From Candidatus Sericytochromatia bacterium (lineage in GTDB: Bacteria > Cyanobacteriota > Sericytochromatia > S15B-MN24 > JAQBPE01): 17,937 nt of DNA. The notes under the pieces were generated by a model. It saw only the letters and a list, made by a program, of their open reading frames with translations. It did not search any database and had not been told where the DNA came from. The stretch lies in assembly GCA_035285125.1 (NCBI GenBank), contig JAYKHR010000144.1:1-17937 (forward strand), written 5' to 3'. Below, piece by piece: positions 7,493-14,875 of this stretch. Numbering within the stretch: position 1 is the first letter of the stretch; every line of letters begins with the position of its first letter. The position numbers and the translations under genes are program-made.

Positions 7493-8065
7493 ATGCTCGC
7501 CGTCTCCCCCGTCTCCCGTGCCCCTCGCCCGGCCAGCCGTCCGGCCCCCCTTGCTGCCGAGCCGCCGATGTCTGCCCCGCAGCCCCCGAGCGGGCCCGCC
7601 GCCGACCGGCGCCAGCTGGCCCGCGCCACCGGCGAGGCGATCGACCAGCTGCTCGCGCTGCCCGTCGGTCGCAAACTCGCGCTGCGCGCCGCCGAGGTGC
7701 TCGCCACCCACGCCCTCGGCCGGTTCCCTGAGCCCAAGGTCGAGGTGCTCGCGCGCTTCACGAAGGCCGCAGGCAGCATCCCCCACGACGCCGAGGAGCG
7801 CGTGGCGCTGCTGCGCGAGGGGCTCCGGGTGCTCGAGCACCTCTCGGCAGAGCCCGACGGCATGGAGGTCTTCTTCGCCATCGGGTCACTCGCGCTCTCG
7901 CGCGCCGACCGCCCGGGGATCACCGAGCCGGAGCTCGACCGCCTCGCCGAGGTGACGCTGGCGCACCTCGCCGAGCTTGCCGACACGCGCACCGCCAGCC
8001 CCCGGGCCGCCTCGCCGATGGCCCGCGTGGCGCAGCTCACCCGGCCGCGCCCGACCCTCGCCTGA
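7493..8065 (+). CDS. Hypothetical alpha-helical protein, 190 aa, paralogue of 5519..6316
   Basis: GAGAGGA RBS before ATG; collinear similarity blocks with the 5519 protein (e.g. REGLRVLEHL vs KEGLMLLEHL). Confidence 0.8.
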   Translation: MLAVSPVSRAPRPASRPAPLAAEPPMSAPQPPSGPAADRRQLARATGEAIDQLLALPVGRKLALRAAEVLATHALGRFPEPKVEVLARFTKAAGSIPHDAEERVALLREGLRVLEHLSAEPDGMEVFFAIGSLALSRADRPGITEPELDRLAEVTLAHLAELADTRTASPRAASPMARVAQLTRPRPTLA

Positions 8066-8162
8066 GCGCCCCGCCCGCGCCTCGCCCCCGCGTGGCTAGG
8101 CGCGGGCTTCATCGCGACAAGCAAATGGGCACGACCAGCGTCGCTGGCCGGCAACCCGGCTG

Positions 8163-8351
8163 TCAATCCATCGGCTCGGCCGCGATCGTCACCGTGTAGT
8201 CGTCCTCGTCGAAGGTGATGAACAGCGTCATCGGCCGGCAGCAGACCTGGCAGTCCTCGATGTAGCGCTGCACGAGGCCAGCCGACACGTCCACGCCCGT
8301 GACGCTCTCCTCGCCGCAGTAGGGGCAGCTGTAGGTGCCGGTGGTGTCCAC
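8163..8351 (-). CDS. CPXCG-motif cysteine-rich small protein (Zn-ribbon-like), 62 aa
   Basis: CPYCGE...YIEDCQVCCRP matches the family pattern; starts 3 nt after the methyltransferase stop. Confidence 0.9.
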   Translation of the reverse strand: MDTTGTYSCPYCGEESVTGVDVSAGLVQRYIEDCQVCCRPMTLFITFDEDDYTVTIAAEPMD

Positions 8352-8354
8352 GGT

Positions 8355-8948
8355 TCAGGCCTTTCGCGTGAGCTCGGCCCAGAGCTCCTGCCCGGCACGG
8401 CGCTCGACCGAGTGGGGGGTGACGGCGAGGGCCTCCACCGTGAAGGCCCCCGAGAAGAAGGCCCGGACGGCCTCGGGGCGCGTGTCGTGCGGCGGCCCGC
8501 CGGGCTTGCCGTGGGCGTAGAACACGCCGACGAGCTGGCCGCCGGGCTTCACGAGGCTGGCGGCCTGCGCCGCGTAGCGCCCGCGATCGGCGGGCTCGAT
8601 GGCGCAGAAGCAGGTGTGCTCGACCCAGAGGTCGAAGGAGCCCACCATCGCGGGCGTGAGGGCGAAGAGGTCCGCCTGCAGCACGGCGATCGGGTGGCCG
8701 GCCGCAGCCGCGAGTTCCCGCGTCTGCTCTGCCGCCGCCGCGGCGAAGTCGACGGCCACCACGTCCCAGCCGGCCCGCGCGAGGGCGATGGCGTCGTGGC
8801 CACGGCCACAGCCGGGCACGATCGCCCGGCTGCCGGCCCCCGGGCGGGCCGGCAGCCAGGCCAACAGGGCCGGGGCGGGCGCGCCAAGGTCCCAGGGGGT
8901 GTCGGCGGTGTCGTAGCGCGTTTGCCAGGCGTCGGCGGCCGTGGTCAT
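8355..8948 (-). CDS. Class I SAM-dependent methyltransferase, thiopurine S-methyltransferase (TPMT)/thiol-halide methyltransferase-like, 197 aa
   Basis: WQTRY...TPWDLG, VPGCGRGHDA (SAM motif I), EHTCFCAIEP, GGPP. GGAGG RBS before ATG 8948. Confidence 0.9.
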   Translation of the reverse strand: MTTAADAWQTRYDTADTPWDLGAPAPALLAWLPARPGAGSRAIVPGCGRGHDAIALARAGWDVVAVDFAAAAAEQTRELAAAAGHPIAVLQADLFALTPAMVGSFDLWVEHTCFCAIEPADRGRYAAQAASLVKPGGQLVGVFYAHGKPGGPPHDTRPEAVRAFFSGAFTVEALAVTPHSVERRAGQELWAELTRKA

Positions 8949-9018
8949 CGAAAAGCCCTCCAGGCGGACCCCTGCAAGCCCACCTGGCGCCAGTGTACCC
9001 ACGCAGCTGGGCGTCACG

Positions 9019-10287
9019 TCAGGGCCCCAGCACCGCCCGCGCCGCGTCCACCCGCCCGTGCCCGAACTTCGGGTCGTAGCCGGGGGCGCCGAGGTCCTTC
9101 GCCGTGGCCTCCAGCCGCTCGCGCACCTGCGTGGCCGTCCACGTCGGGTGCTTCGCCCGCAGCAGCCCCGCCACGCCCGCCACGAAAGGGGCCGCCATGC
9201 TGGTGCCGGATTCGGTCAGGTAGCCGGGGGCGTCGCCCTCGCCGGGCACGGCGGAGTGGATGTCCACGCCCGGCGCCGTGATCGAGAGCCAGGTGCCCCA
9301 GAAGGAGAAGTCGGCGAGCTGGTCCTGGATGTCCGTCGCGCCGACGGCCATGACGCCCGGCAGGGCCGCCGGGTAGTTCATCGTGTTGGCCGTGGCGTGC
9401 CGATCCGGATCCAGGTTGCCCGAGGCCGCCACCACGAGCACGTCGCGGGCCTGCGCGTAGCGGACGGCGTCGCGCAGCAGGGGGCTTGAGCCCTCGTCGC
9501 CGAGGCTCATGTTGATCACCTTCGCGCCGTGATCCACGGCCCAGAGCAGACCCGCCACGACGTTCTCGACCTTGCCCTCGCGGCCGCGCGGGCCCATCAC
9601 CTTGACGGGCATGACGCGGCAGCCGGGAGCCACCCCCTTCACGCCGGGGTCGCCGAGCCCCATGCCGGCCACGATGCCCGCCACGTGGGTGCCGTGGCCC
9701 TCGTAGTCCTGCGGGCCGGCCTCGTCGAAGGTGGAGGTGCCGGGCACGAGCGCGTTGCGCAGGTCGGGGTGCTGGAGGTCCACGCCCGTGTCGATGACGG
9801 CGATGACGGTGCCGGGCGCGCCCGGGAAGGCAGCCCAGGTCTTGGGCAGCCCGAGGCGGCGCTGGCCCCAGGACAGGGCGGGGTCGGCGTCGCGCACGCC
9901 GAAGCGGGGCAGGCCGAGGGCCCGCACGGCGATGGCGGGCGGCCGCGCGGGCAGGCGCCAGATCGCGTTGGGCTCGACGCTGGCGACCAGCCCCGTGCGC
10001 TGCAGCGTCGCCGTGGCCGCCTCCACGCTGGCGCCGCGAGGCAGCGTCACGCTCATGGCGCTCAGCGCGGCAAGCTCCCGCCGCACGCCGAAGCCCCCGG
10101 CCGCCAGGCTCGCCCGGATGCGCCCCGCCGCGGCCTCCGGCCGCCAGCGGACCAGCACGGAGCCAGCGTCCACGCGGCGGCTGAGGCCGGGCCGCGACCC
10201 CAGGGCCGCCCCCGCGGGCGCGCCCTGCCCGCAGGCGGTGAGCGCCTGCGTCGCGACAACCAGCGAGATGCACCAGCGGGTGCGCAC
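9019..10287 (-). CDS. S8 family subtilisin-like serine protease, predicted lipoprotein, 422 aa
   Basis: Catalytic triad motifs VIDTG, HGTHVAG, GTSMAAP; oxyanion AASGN; N-terminal LTAC lipobox and prodomain; GGAGG RBS before GTG. Confidence 0.95.
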   Translation of the reverse strand: MRTRWCISLVVATQALTACGQGAPAGAALGSRPGLSRRVDAGSVLVRWRPEAAAGRIRASLAAGGFGVRRELAALSAMSVTLPRGASVEAATATLQRTGLVASVEPNAIWRLPARPPAIAVRALGLPRFGVRDADPALSWGQRRLGLPKTWAAFPGAPGTVIAVIDTGVDLQHPDLRNALVPGTSTFDEAGPQDYEGHGTHVAGIVAGMGLGDPGVKGVAPGCRVMPVKVMGPRGREGKVENVVAGLLWAVDHGAKVINMSLGDEGSSPLLRDAVRYAQARDVLVVAASGNLDPDRHATANTMNYPAALPGVMAVGATDIQDQLADFSFWGTWLSITAPGVDIHSAVPGEGDAPGYLTESGTSMAAPFVAGVAGLLRAKHPTWTATQVRERLEATAKDLGAPGYDPKFGHGRVDAARAVLGP

Positions 10288-10340
10288 GGAGACCTCCGGA
10301 TCGGGGGCGAGGCCCCTCCTCTCCGTTATACCTGAAAACC

Positions 10341-10359
10341 AGGCAAAGCTTGAGTTAAA
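10341..10359 (-). promoter_or_regulatory. Two 11-bp-period repeats (TTTAACTC / CTTTGCCT) upstream of a TATAAC -10-like hexamer for the S8 protease gene
   Basis: Minus strand reads TTTAACTC-AAG-CTTTGCCT-GGTTTTCAGG-TATAAC. There is no canonical -35 at 17-bp spacing, so the repeats occupy the -35 region. Confidence 0.4.
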
Positions 10360-10366
10360 ATTTCAA

Positions 10367-10398
10367 GAAAAAGGCCCCGGGCCAGGGGCCCGGGGCTT
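10367..10398 (-). terminator. Rho-independent terminator of the 10411..10980 gene
   Basis: Minus strand GCCCCGGGCC-CCT-GGCCCGGGGC followed by CTTTTTCTT. Confidence 0.8.
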
Positions 10399-10410
10399 AC
10401 AAAGCGCGAC

Positions 10411-10980
10411 TCAGAGCAGGTCGACGACCTTCCGCTTGGCCTCGAGCTCCTTGCGGATGAAGCCGGTGCTGGCCGCGTGGGCCGCCACCGCCTTGGCCTC
10501 GTCCACCGTCCCGGCCAGCCCGATCGCCCGGGTGTAGGCCGACTCCACCACCTTGATGAAGTTGCGGCTGTCGGCCGACGTCACCACGTCGAGCACCTCC
10601 GTCACCGTCCGGGCCTGCGAGACGGCCTTGTAGTAGGCCTGCTCCGCCAGCCGGACGTTGGCCTGAGAGTCCAGCAGCTCAGCCGTCCGGACGGCCCGCT
10701 GCATCGGCGTGAGCAGCTCGTCGCTCACGGCCAGCAGGCGGACGGGCTTGCCGCCGACGCTGGCGGGGCTGCCGCCGTACAGGAAGGCCGCGGGCTCCAC
10801 GTTCAGCAAGTTGACGTTCTTGGGCGACGAGGCGATGAAGACGTCGCGGCCCTGCTTGTACACCACGTTGTCCTTGCCGTCCCGGGCGGCCTGCTGGGTC
10901 GCGGCCTTCACCTCAGACTGAAAGAGCTGCTTCACGCTGGTGAACTCGAGGGCGCGGCCGTTGACGTTGAGCTGGGGCAT
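10411..10980 (-). CDS. Hypothetical protein, 189 aa, with two tandem 33-aa helical repeats at the C-terminus
   Basis: AAGGAGA RBS before ATG 10980 (MPQLNVNG...), GC3-biased codons, terminator downstream. Confidence 0.82.
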   Translation of the reverse strand: MPQLNVNGRALEFTSVKQLFQSEVKAATQQAARDGKDNVVYKQGRDVFIASSPKNVNLLNVEPAAFLYGGSPASVGGKPVRLLAVSDELLTPMQRAVRTAELLDSQANVRLAEQAYYKAVSQARTVTEVLDVVTSADSRNFIKVVESAYTRAIGLAGTVDEAKAVAAHAASTGFIRKELEAKRKVVDLL

Positions 10981-11069
10981 CGGGGTCTCTCCTTGGGTCG
11001 GGGCCGGCACCGCCGGCCTGCACGCTGCACACACCCCGTTCATCCCTCCCGCCGGTTCCAGCCCGGTTA

Positions 11070-11120
11070 CGATCTGACGGGAAACTGATTAACATTCAAT
11101 TAACAAAGCCTGTCAGATCG
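11070..11120. promoter_or_regulatory. 9-bp inverted repeat (CGATCTGAC / GTCAGATCG) enclosing an AT-rich core with ATTAACA direct repeats at 11-bp period
   Basis: Arms at 11070-11078 and 11112-11120; ATTAACA starts at 11088 and 11099; lies upstream of the 10980 start. Confidence 0.45.
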
Positions 11121-11125
11121 CAACA

Positions 11126-11155
11126 AGGGGCGGCGTGGATCACCACGCCGCCCCT
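11126..11155 (-). terminator. Perfect 13-bp hairpin after the vWA gene, probable terminator
   Basis: AGGGGCGGCGTGG-ATCA-CCACGCCGCCCCT, 15 nt past the stop; short U-rich tail on the minus strand. Confidence 0.65.
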
Positions 11156-11170
11156 GACGGGCCTGGGCGC

Positions 11171-12637
11171 TCACTGCCCGAGGTGCGAGAGCTCCGCCTT
11201 CACGATGTCCACGACGATGTCGTCGAGACGCCCTTCCTTGAACTTGTCGACCTCGGCCGAGGCCGTGCCGCCGCCGCCCGAGGCCTCGTCCCCCCCGCGG
11301 GTGACGAACAGGTACTGGCCCATCGTCCACTGGGCGAGCTGGCGCATCACGTACTCACCCTCCCGCTCCAGGCTCGAGGCGCCGATCGGGTAGAACTTCA
11401 CGCCCGTGGCCGCCGCCCTGGCCATCGACGCCGTGTACGGCGTCGCCTGCGGGTAGTCCGTGTGCGGGGCGGCGTCCGCCACCACGAAGGAGAGCCGCAC
11501 GGCGCCATCGGCCGTCCAGGCCAGGGTGTTCACCGTGTCCCGCAGCGCGGCCTCCATGTCCTCGGGCTTGTCGCCGCCCCCGCTGGCCGACACCTCGTTG
11601 AGGCGGGCCTGGAAGTCACCCATCGAGGACGTGAAATTCTCGACCTTCGTGACGTAGGCCTCGCCCTGGTCCCGGTAGCTCACGAGGGCGAAGCGCACCT
11701 GGGGCGCCTGCGGCAGCATCTTGATGCGCTCGGCAATCGAGCCCATCGACGCCTGGAACTTGCGGATCTCCCCGCCCATCGACCCCGTCGCGTCGATCAC
11801 GAAGGCGACGTCGAGCGGGGCGCCACTCCCCGGGCGGGCCACAGGCTCAGGCAGCGTCAGCGTGAGGCTGTCCGCGTCGAGGGCCAGCTTGGCCGTCACC
11901 GTCGCGTTGCCCTTGGTGGCCGTAACGTCGACGCTGCCCGCCTCGGAGGCCATGTCGGCAGGCTGGGGGTGGTACAGCGCCCGCCCGTCGGCGTAGGTCC
12001 GCAGCAGGGTGGTCGAGGGGGCCGGGCGGCCCACCACGGGCCTGTCGTTGGGGCCGCGCACGGCGTCGGGGAAGGCCGTCACCGTGACCTGGGCGTCATG
12101 CACGGGCCGGCCGGCCGCGTCGACGACCGTCAGCACCTTGCGCCGCGCCACGTCCATCTTGCGCGGCGCCATGACGGCTGCACCCCAGTCGAACTGGGCG
12201 AGGTACTCCATGTAGGCCTTGAAGCCCTTGTTGTCGTCCACCGCGCCGGCCTTGAGGTCGCTGGCCCGCACCTGCTCGCCGCCCGGCGCGGGCACGGCGG
12301 AGGCCCTCGGCGGCATCGGGCGCATGTCAGGCCCCATGTCCCGCATCGGGGGAGCGGCGGCAGGAGTCCCCATCATCGGCGCGCCGACGTCGCTGACGAG
12401 CGAGCCGCCAGCCTCCGCACCCACGGTGTTGCGCTCGGGCGCAGCCGCCTTGCCCGAGGAGGGCGCTGCCGACGCCGCGGCCCCGACGGGCCGGCCCAGC
12501 ACGCCCCCCTCGGACCGGGTGGCGCCGGCGTCCCCCCTCGACGCGGCCGCAGTGGGGGCGCCGGCAGGCAGCGCGCAGCCGCTCAACAGGAGCGCAGCCG
12601 CCAGAGGGGCGCAGACGTGGGACGTGCGAAGCTTCAT
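11171..12637 (-). CDS. von Willebrand factor type A domain lipoprotein, 488 aa
   Basis: AGGAGG RBS, MKLRT...LLLSGC lipobox, low-complexity linker, MIDAS DVAFVIDATGSM, GGGDKPE, VADAAPH. Confidence 0.92.
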   Translation of the reverse strand: MKLRTSHVCAPLAAALLLSGCALPAGAPTAAASRGDAGATRSEGGVLGRPVGAAASAAPSSGKAAAPERNTVGAEAGGSLVSDVGAPMMGTPAAAPPMRDMGPDMRPMPPRASAVPAPGGEQVRASDLKAGAVDDNKGFKAYMEYLAQFDWGAAVMAPRKMDVARRKVLTVVDAAGRPVHDAQVTVTAFPDAVRGPNDRPVVGRPAPSTTLLRTYADGRALYHPQPADMASEAGSVDVTATKGNATVTAKLALDADSLTLTLPEPVARPGSGAPLDVAFVIDATGSMGGEIRKFQASMGSIAERIKMLPQAPQVRFALVSYRDQGEAYVTKVENFTSSMGDFQARLNEVSASGGGDKPEDMEAALRDTVNTLAWTADGAVRLSFVVADAAPHTDYPQATPYTASMARAAATGVKFYPIGASSLEREGEYVMRQLAQWTMGQYLFVTRGGDEASGGGGTASAEVDKFKEGRLDDIVVDIVKAELSHLGQ

Positions 12638-12749
12638 CTGGGGGCCTCCTGGGCATCGTGGGCCAGACACACCGGCCGAGGGGTGCGTACCCGGTCGCCA
12701 GCCACCCGTTGCGGCAAGGCCAGCGAAAACGTGGGCAAAAAGCCTCGTT

Positions 12750-12796
12750 TTTGTATACCGTATTTGTATACTAAGACGGGTGCACGAAGCTGTCAA
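12750..12796 (-). promoter_or_regulatory. Sigma70-type promoter TTGACA-N17-TAGTAT overlapped by tandem TTTGTATAC operator-like repeats
   Basis: -35 at 12796-12791, -10 at 12773-12768, spacer exactly 17 nt. TTTGTATAC occurs at 12750-12758 and 12763-12771 on the + strand. Confidence 0.7.
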
Positions 12797-12818
12797 CCCC
12801 CAGCCCGCGGTGTTGCGA

Positions 12819-13139
12819 TCAGTACCGCGGCAGGGCCGGATCGACCTGCACGGCGTAGGCGTCGATGCCGCCGAGCAGGTTGGCGATGCGCCCGAAGCCC
12901 TGGGTCTGCAGGAAGCCGACGGCGTGCAGGCTGCGCACGCCGTGGTGGCAGTAGACGACCCACGAGGCGTCCCGGTCGAGGCCCGGCAGCGCCTCCTGGA
13001 GCTTCGAGAGCGGGACCAGCTCGGCCCCGGGCAGCCTCACTTGCTCCCACTCCCACGTCTCGCGGACGTCGAGCAGGCGCGGGGGCTCCGGGCCCTCCAG
13101 CAGGGCCGCGAGCTCGCGGGCAGCAATGTGCGGAATCAT
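12819..13139 (-). CDS. Single-domain rhodanese-like sulfurtransferase, 106 aa
   Basis: LLDVRE, active-site loop VYCHHGVRS, NLLGGIDAY, DPALPRY (MoeZ-type rhodanese C-terminus). ATGA overlap with the upstream gene. Confidence 0.92.
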   Translation of the reverse strand: MIPHIAARELAALLEGPEPPRLLDVRETWEWEQVRLPGAELVPLSKLQEALPGLDRDASWVVYCHHGVRSLHAVGFLQTQGFGRIANLLGGIDAYAVQVDPALPRY

Positions 13140-13594
13140 CGGATCGTCACCTCCACCCGGCGCGTCTCGATCGCCGAGCCCGCGCCCTCCCAGGGCCTGT
13201 ACAGCAAGAACGTCAGCGTCGTGCGCCCGGCCAGCCCCCCCCGAAAGGAGAAGACCTCGGTGGTCGGGCGGCCCACCATCGGGGGGTCCGTCGGCGCCGG
13301 CTCGACGGTGCGCTGCCCGACCGTCGCCACCACGGCGGCGTCGTGGCCAGCGGCCAGGTGCCAGAGGTACCCCGTCGTCGGGATGCCGCGCAGCACCACG
13401 TCGAAGGCCTCCCCGGCGCGGGCCGTGAGGGGGGCCTGCTCAGGCGTCAGCGTCGGGGCCACGGGGGGCGACGCCCCCGCGGGGGCCGGCGAGGCGGCTG
13501 CGAAACCCCGGGCATCCCCCGGGGTGCCGGGGGCCTGGCAGGCAGCCAGGGCCGCGAGGCCAAGCAAGCTCCAGAGTGACGGGGTCAGGCGCAT
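13136..13594 (-). CDS. Protease inhibitor I42 (chagasin-like) family lipoprotein, 152 aa
   Basis: LAAC lipobox; chagasin loops PTTGYLW, MVG, YRPWE; GGAGG RBS before ATG 13594. Confidence 0.88.
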   Translation of the reverse strand: MRLTPSLWSLLGLAALAACQAPGTPGDARGFAAASPAPAGASPPVAPTLTPEQAPLTARAGEAFDVVLRGIPTTGYLWHLAAGHDAAVVATVGQRTVEPAPTDPPMVGRPTTEVFSFRGGLAGRTTLTFLLYRPWEGAGSAIETRRVEVTIR

Positions 13595-13619
13595 GGCTCC
13601 TCCGGTGGGGGTTGCCCCA

Positions 13620-14870
13620 TCATACCAGGGGCGCCCCGCTCCGGCCGGCGGCGTAGCGGGCCAGGAACGCCGCCTTGAAGGCAAAGAAATCGCCATCGAG
13701 CAGGCTCTGCCGGATGCGGCGCGTGAGGCCCACGATGAAGTGCAGGTTGTGGATGCTCGCGAGCCGGTGGAAGAGCAGCTCGTCCGCGAGGAAGAGGTGG
13801 CGCAGGTACCCGCGGCTGTACTTCTGGCAGGTGTAGCAGGCGCACCCAGCCTCGATCGGGCCGCGGTCCTCGCGGTGCTTCAGGTTGCGGATGGAGAGCT
13901 TGCCGTCGTGCGTGTACAGGCCGCCGTGGCGCGCGATCCGCGTGGGGCCCACGCAGTCGAACATGTCGGCGCCGCGCTCGATGCACATGAACAGGTCCTC
14001 GGGTTCGCCGATGCCGAGCAGGTGGCGGGGCTTGTGCTCGTCGAGCAGCGGGCAGACCCACTCCAGGATGCGGTGCATGTCGGCCTTGGACTCGCCGAGC
14101 GAGCCGCCGATGGCGAAGCCGGGGAAGCCGGGGTGGTCGGGGGTGGCGAGCCCGTTGATGTAGGCGGCGCTCTCACGGCGCAGGTCCTCGTAGGCGCCGC
14201 CCTGCACGATGCCGAAGAGCGACTGGTCGGGGTTGGTCCAGGCCTCCAGGCTCTCGCGCGCCCAGCGGTGCGTGCGCCCGAGCGCCTGGCGCGTGTAGGC
14301 GTGGCCCGCCAGCGGCGAGGTGCACTCGTCGAAGGCCAGGATGATGTCCGCGCCGAGCTTCTGCTGGATGTCGATGGAGACGGCCGGGGTGAAGCGGTGC
14401 CGCGAGCCGTCGAGGTGCGAGCGGAAGGCGACGCCCCCCTCGTCCACCTTGCAGAGCTTCTCGCGCGGCGCGTCCGCCTTCCGCCCGCCGCGGGCCGGCT
14501 GCTCGCCCCCCTCGGCCGGGAACATCTTCGCGATCTTGCCCACGCCGTGCTCGAGGCCGAAGCCCAGGCTGAAGACCTGGAAGCCGCCCGAGTCCGTCAG
14601 GAAGGGCCGGTGCCAGCCGGAGAAGCCGTGCAGGCCGCCGAACGACGCCACGAGCTCGGCGCCGGGGCGCAGGTACAGGTGGTAGGCGTTGCCGAGGATG
14701 ATCTGGGCGCCGACGGCCTCGAGGTCCTCGGGCGTGAGGGCCTTGACGGTGGCCTTGGTGCCGACGGGCATGAACACGGGCGTCTCGACCACGCCGTGGG
14801 GCAGGGTGAGCCGCCCGGCGCGGGCGAGGGTGCCGGGCAGCCGGCGCTCGAGCTCGAAGTGCAGGGCCAT
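13620..14870 (-). CDS. tgt: tRNA-guanine(34) transglycosylase, 416 aa
   Basis: TPVFMPVGT, NAYHLYLRPG, TDSGGFQVFSL, AFDEC, GIVQGG, RHLLGIG, DMFDCV, Zn site CACYTC...HN. True start MALHFELE at 14870. Confidence 0.97.
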   Translation of the reverse strand: MALHFELERRLPGTLARAGRLTLPHGVVETPVFMPVGTKATVKALTPEDLEAVGAQIILGNAYHLYLRPGAELVASFGGLHGFSGWHRPFLTDSGGFQVFSLGFGLEHGVGKIAKMFPAEGGEQPARGGRKADAPREKLCKVDEGGVAFRSHLDGSRHRFTPAVSIDIQQKLGADIILAFDECTSPLAGHAYTRQALGRTHRWARESLEAWTNPDQSLFGIVQGGAYEDLRRESAAYINGLATPDHPGFPGFAIGGSLGESKADMHRILEWVCPLLDEHKPRHLLGIGEPEDLFMCIERGADMFDCVGPTRIARHGGLYTHDGKLSIRNLKHREDRGPIEAGCACYTCQKYSRGYLRHLFLADELLFHRLASIHNLHFIVGLTRRIRQSLLDGDFFAFKAAFLARYAAGRSGAPLV

Positions 14871-14875
14871 GGCTG

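Noticed and set aside
11075..11130. c-di-GMP-I riboswitch-like words (GGAAAC...CAAAGCC)
   Set aside because: They are on the strand opposite to the flanking genes and I cannot build the P2/P3 stems; an Rfam scan would settle it.
12638..12796. 53-aa N-terminal extension of the vWA ORF from TTG 12796
   Set aside because: That TTG is the -35 hexamer; the RBS and lipoprotein signal support ATG 12637.
9019..13594. S8 protease and I42 inhibitor as a cognate protease-inhibitor pair
   Set aside because: I42/chagasin inhibits cysteine proteases, not subtilases, and the genes are separated by terminators and a promoter.
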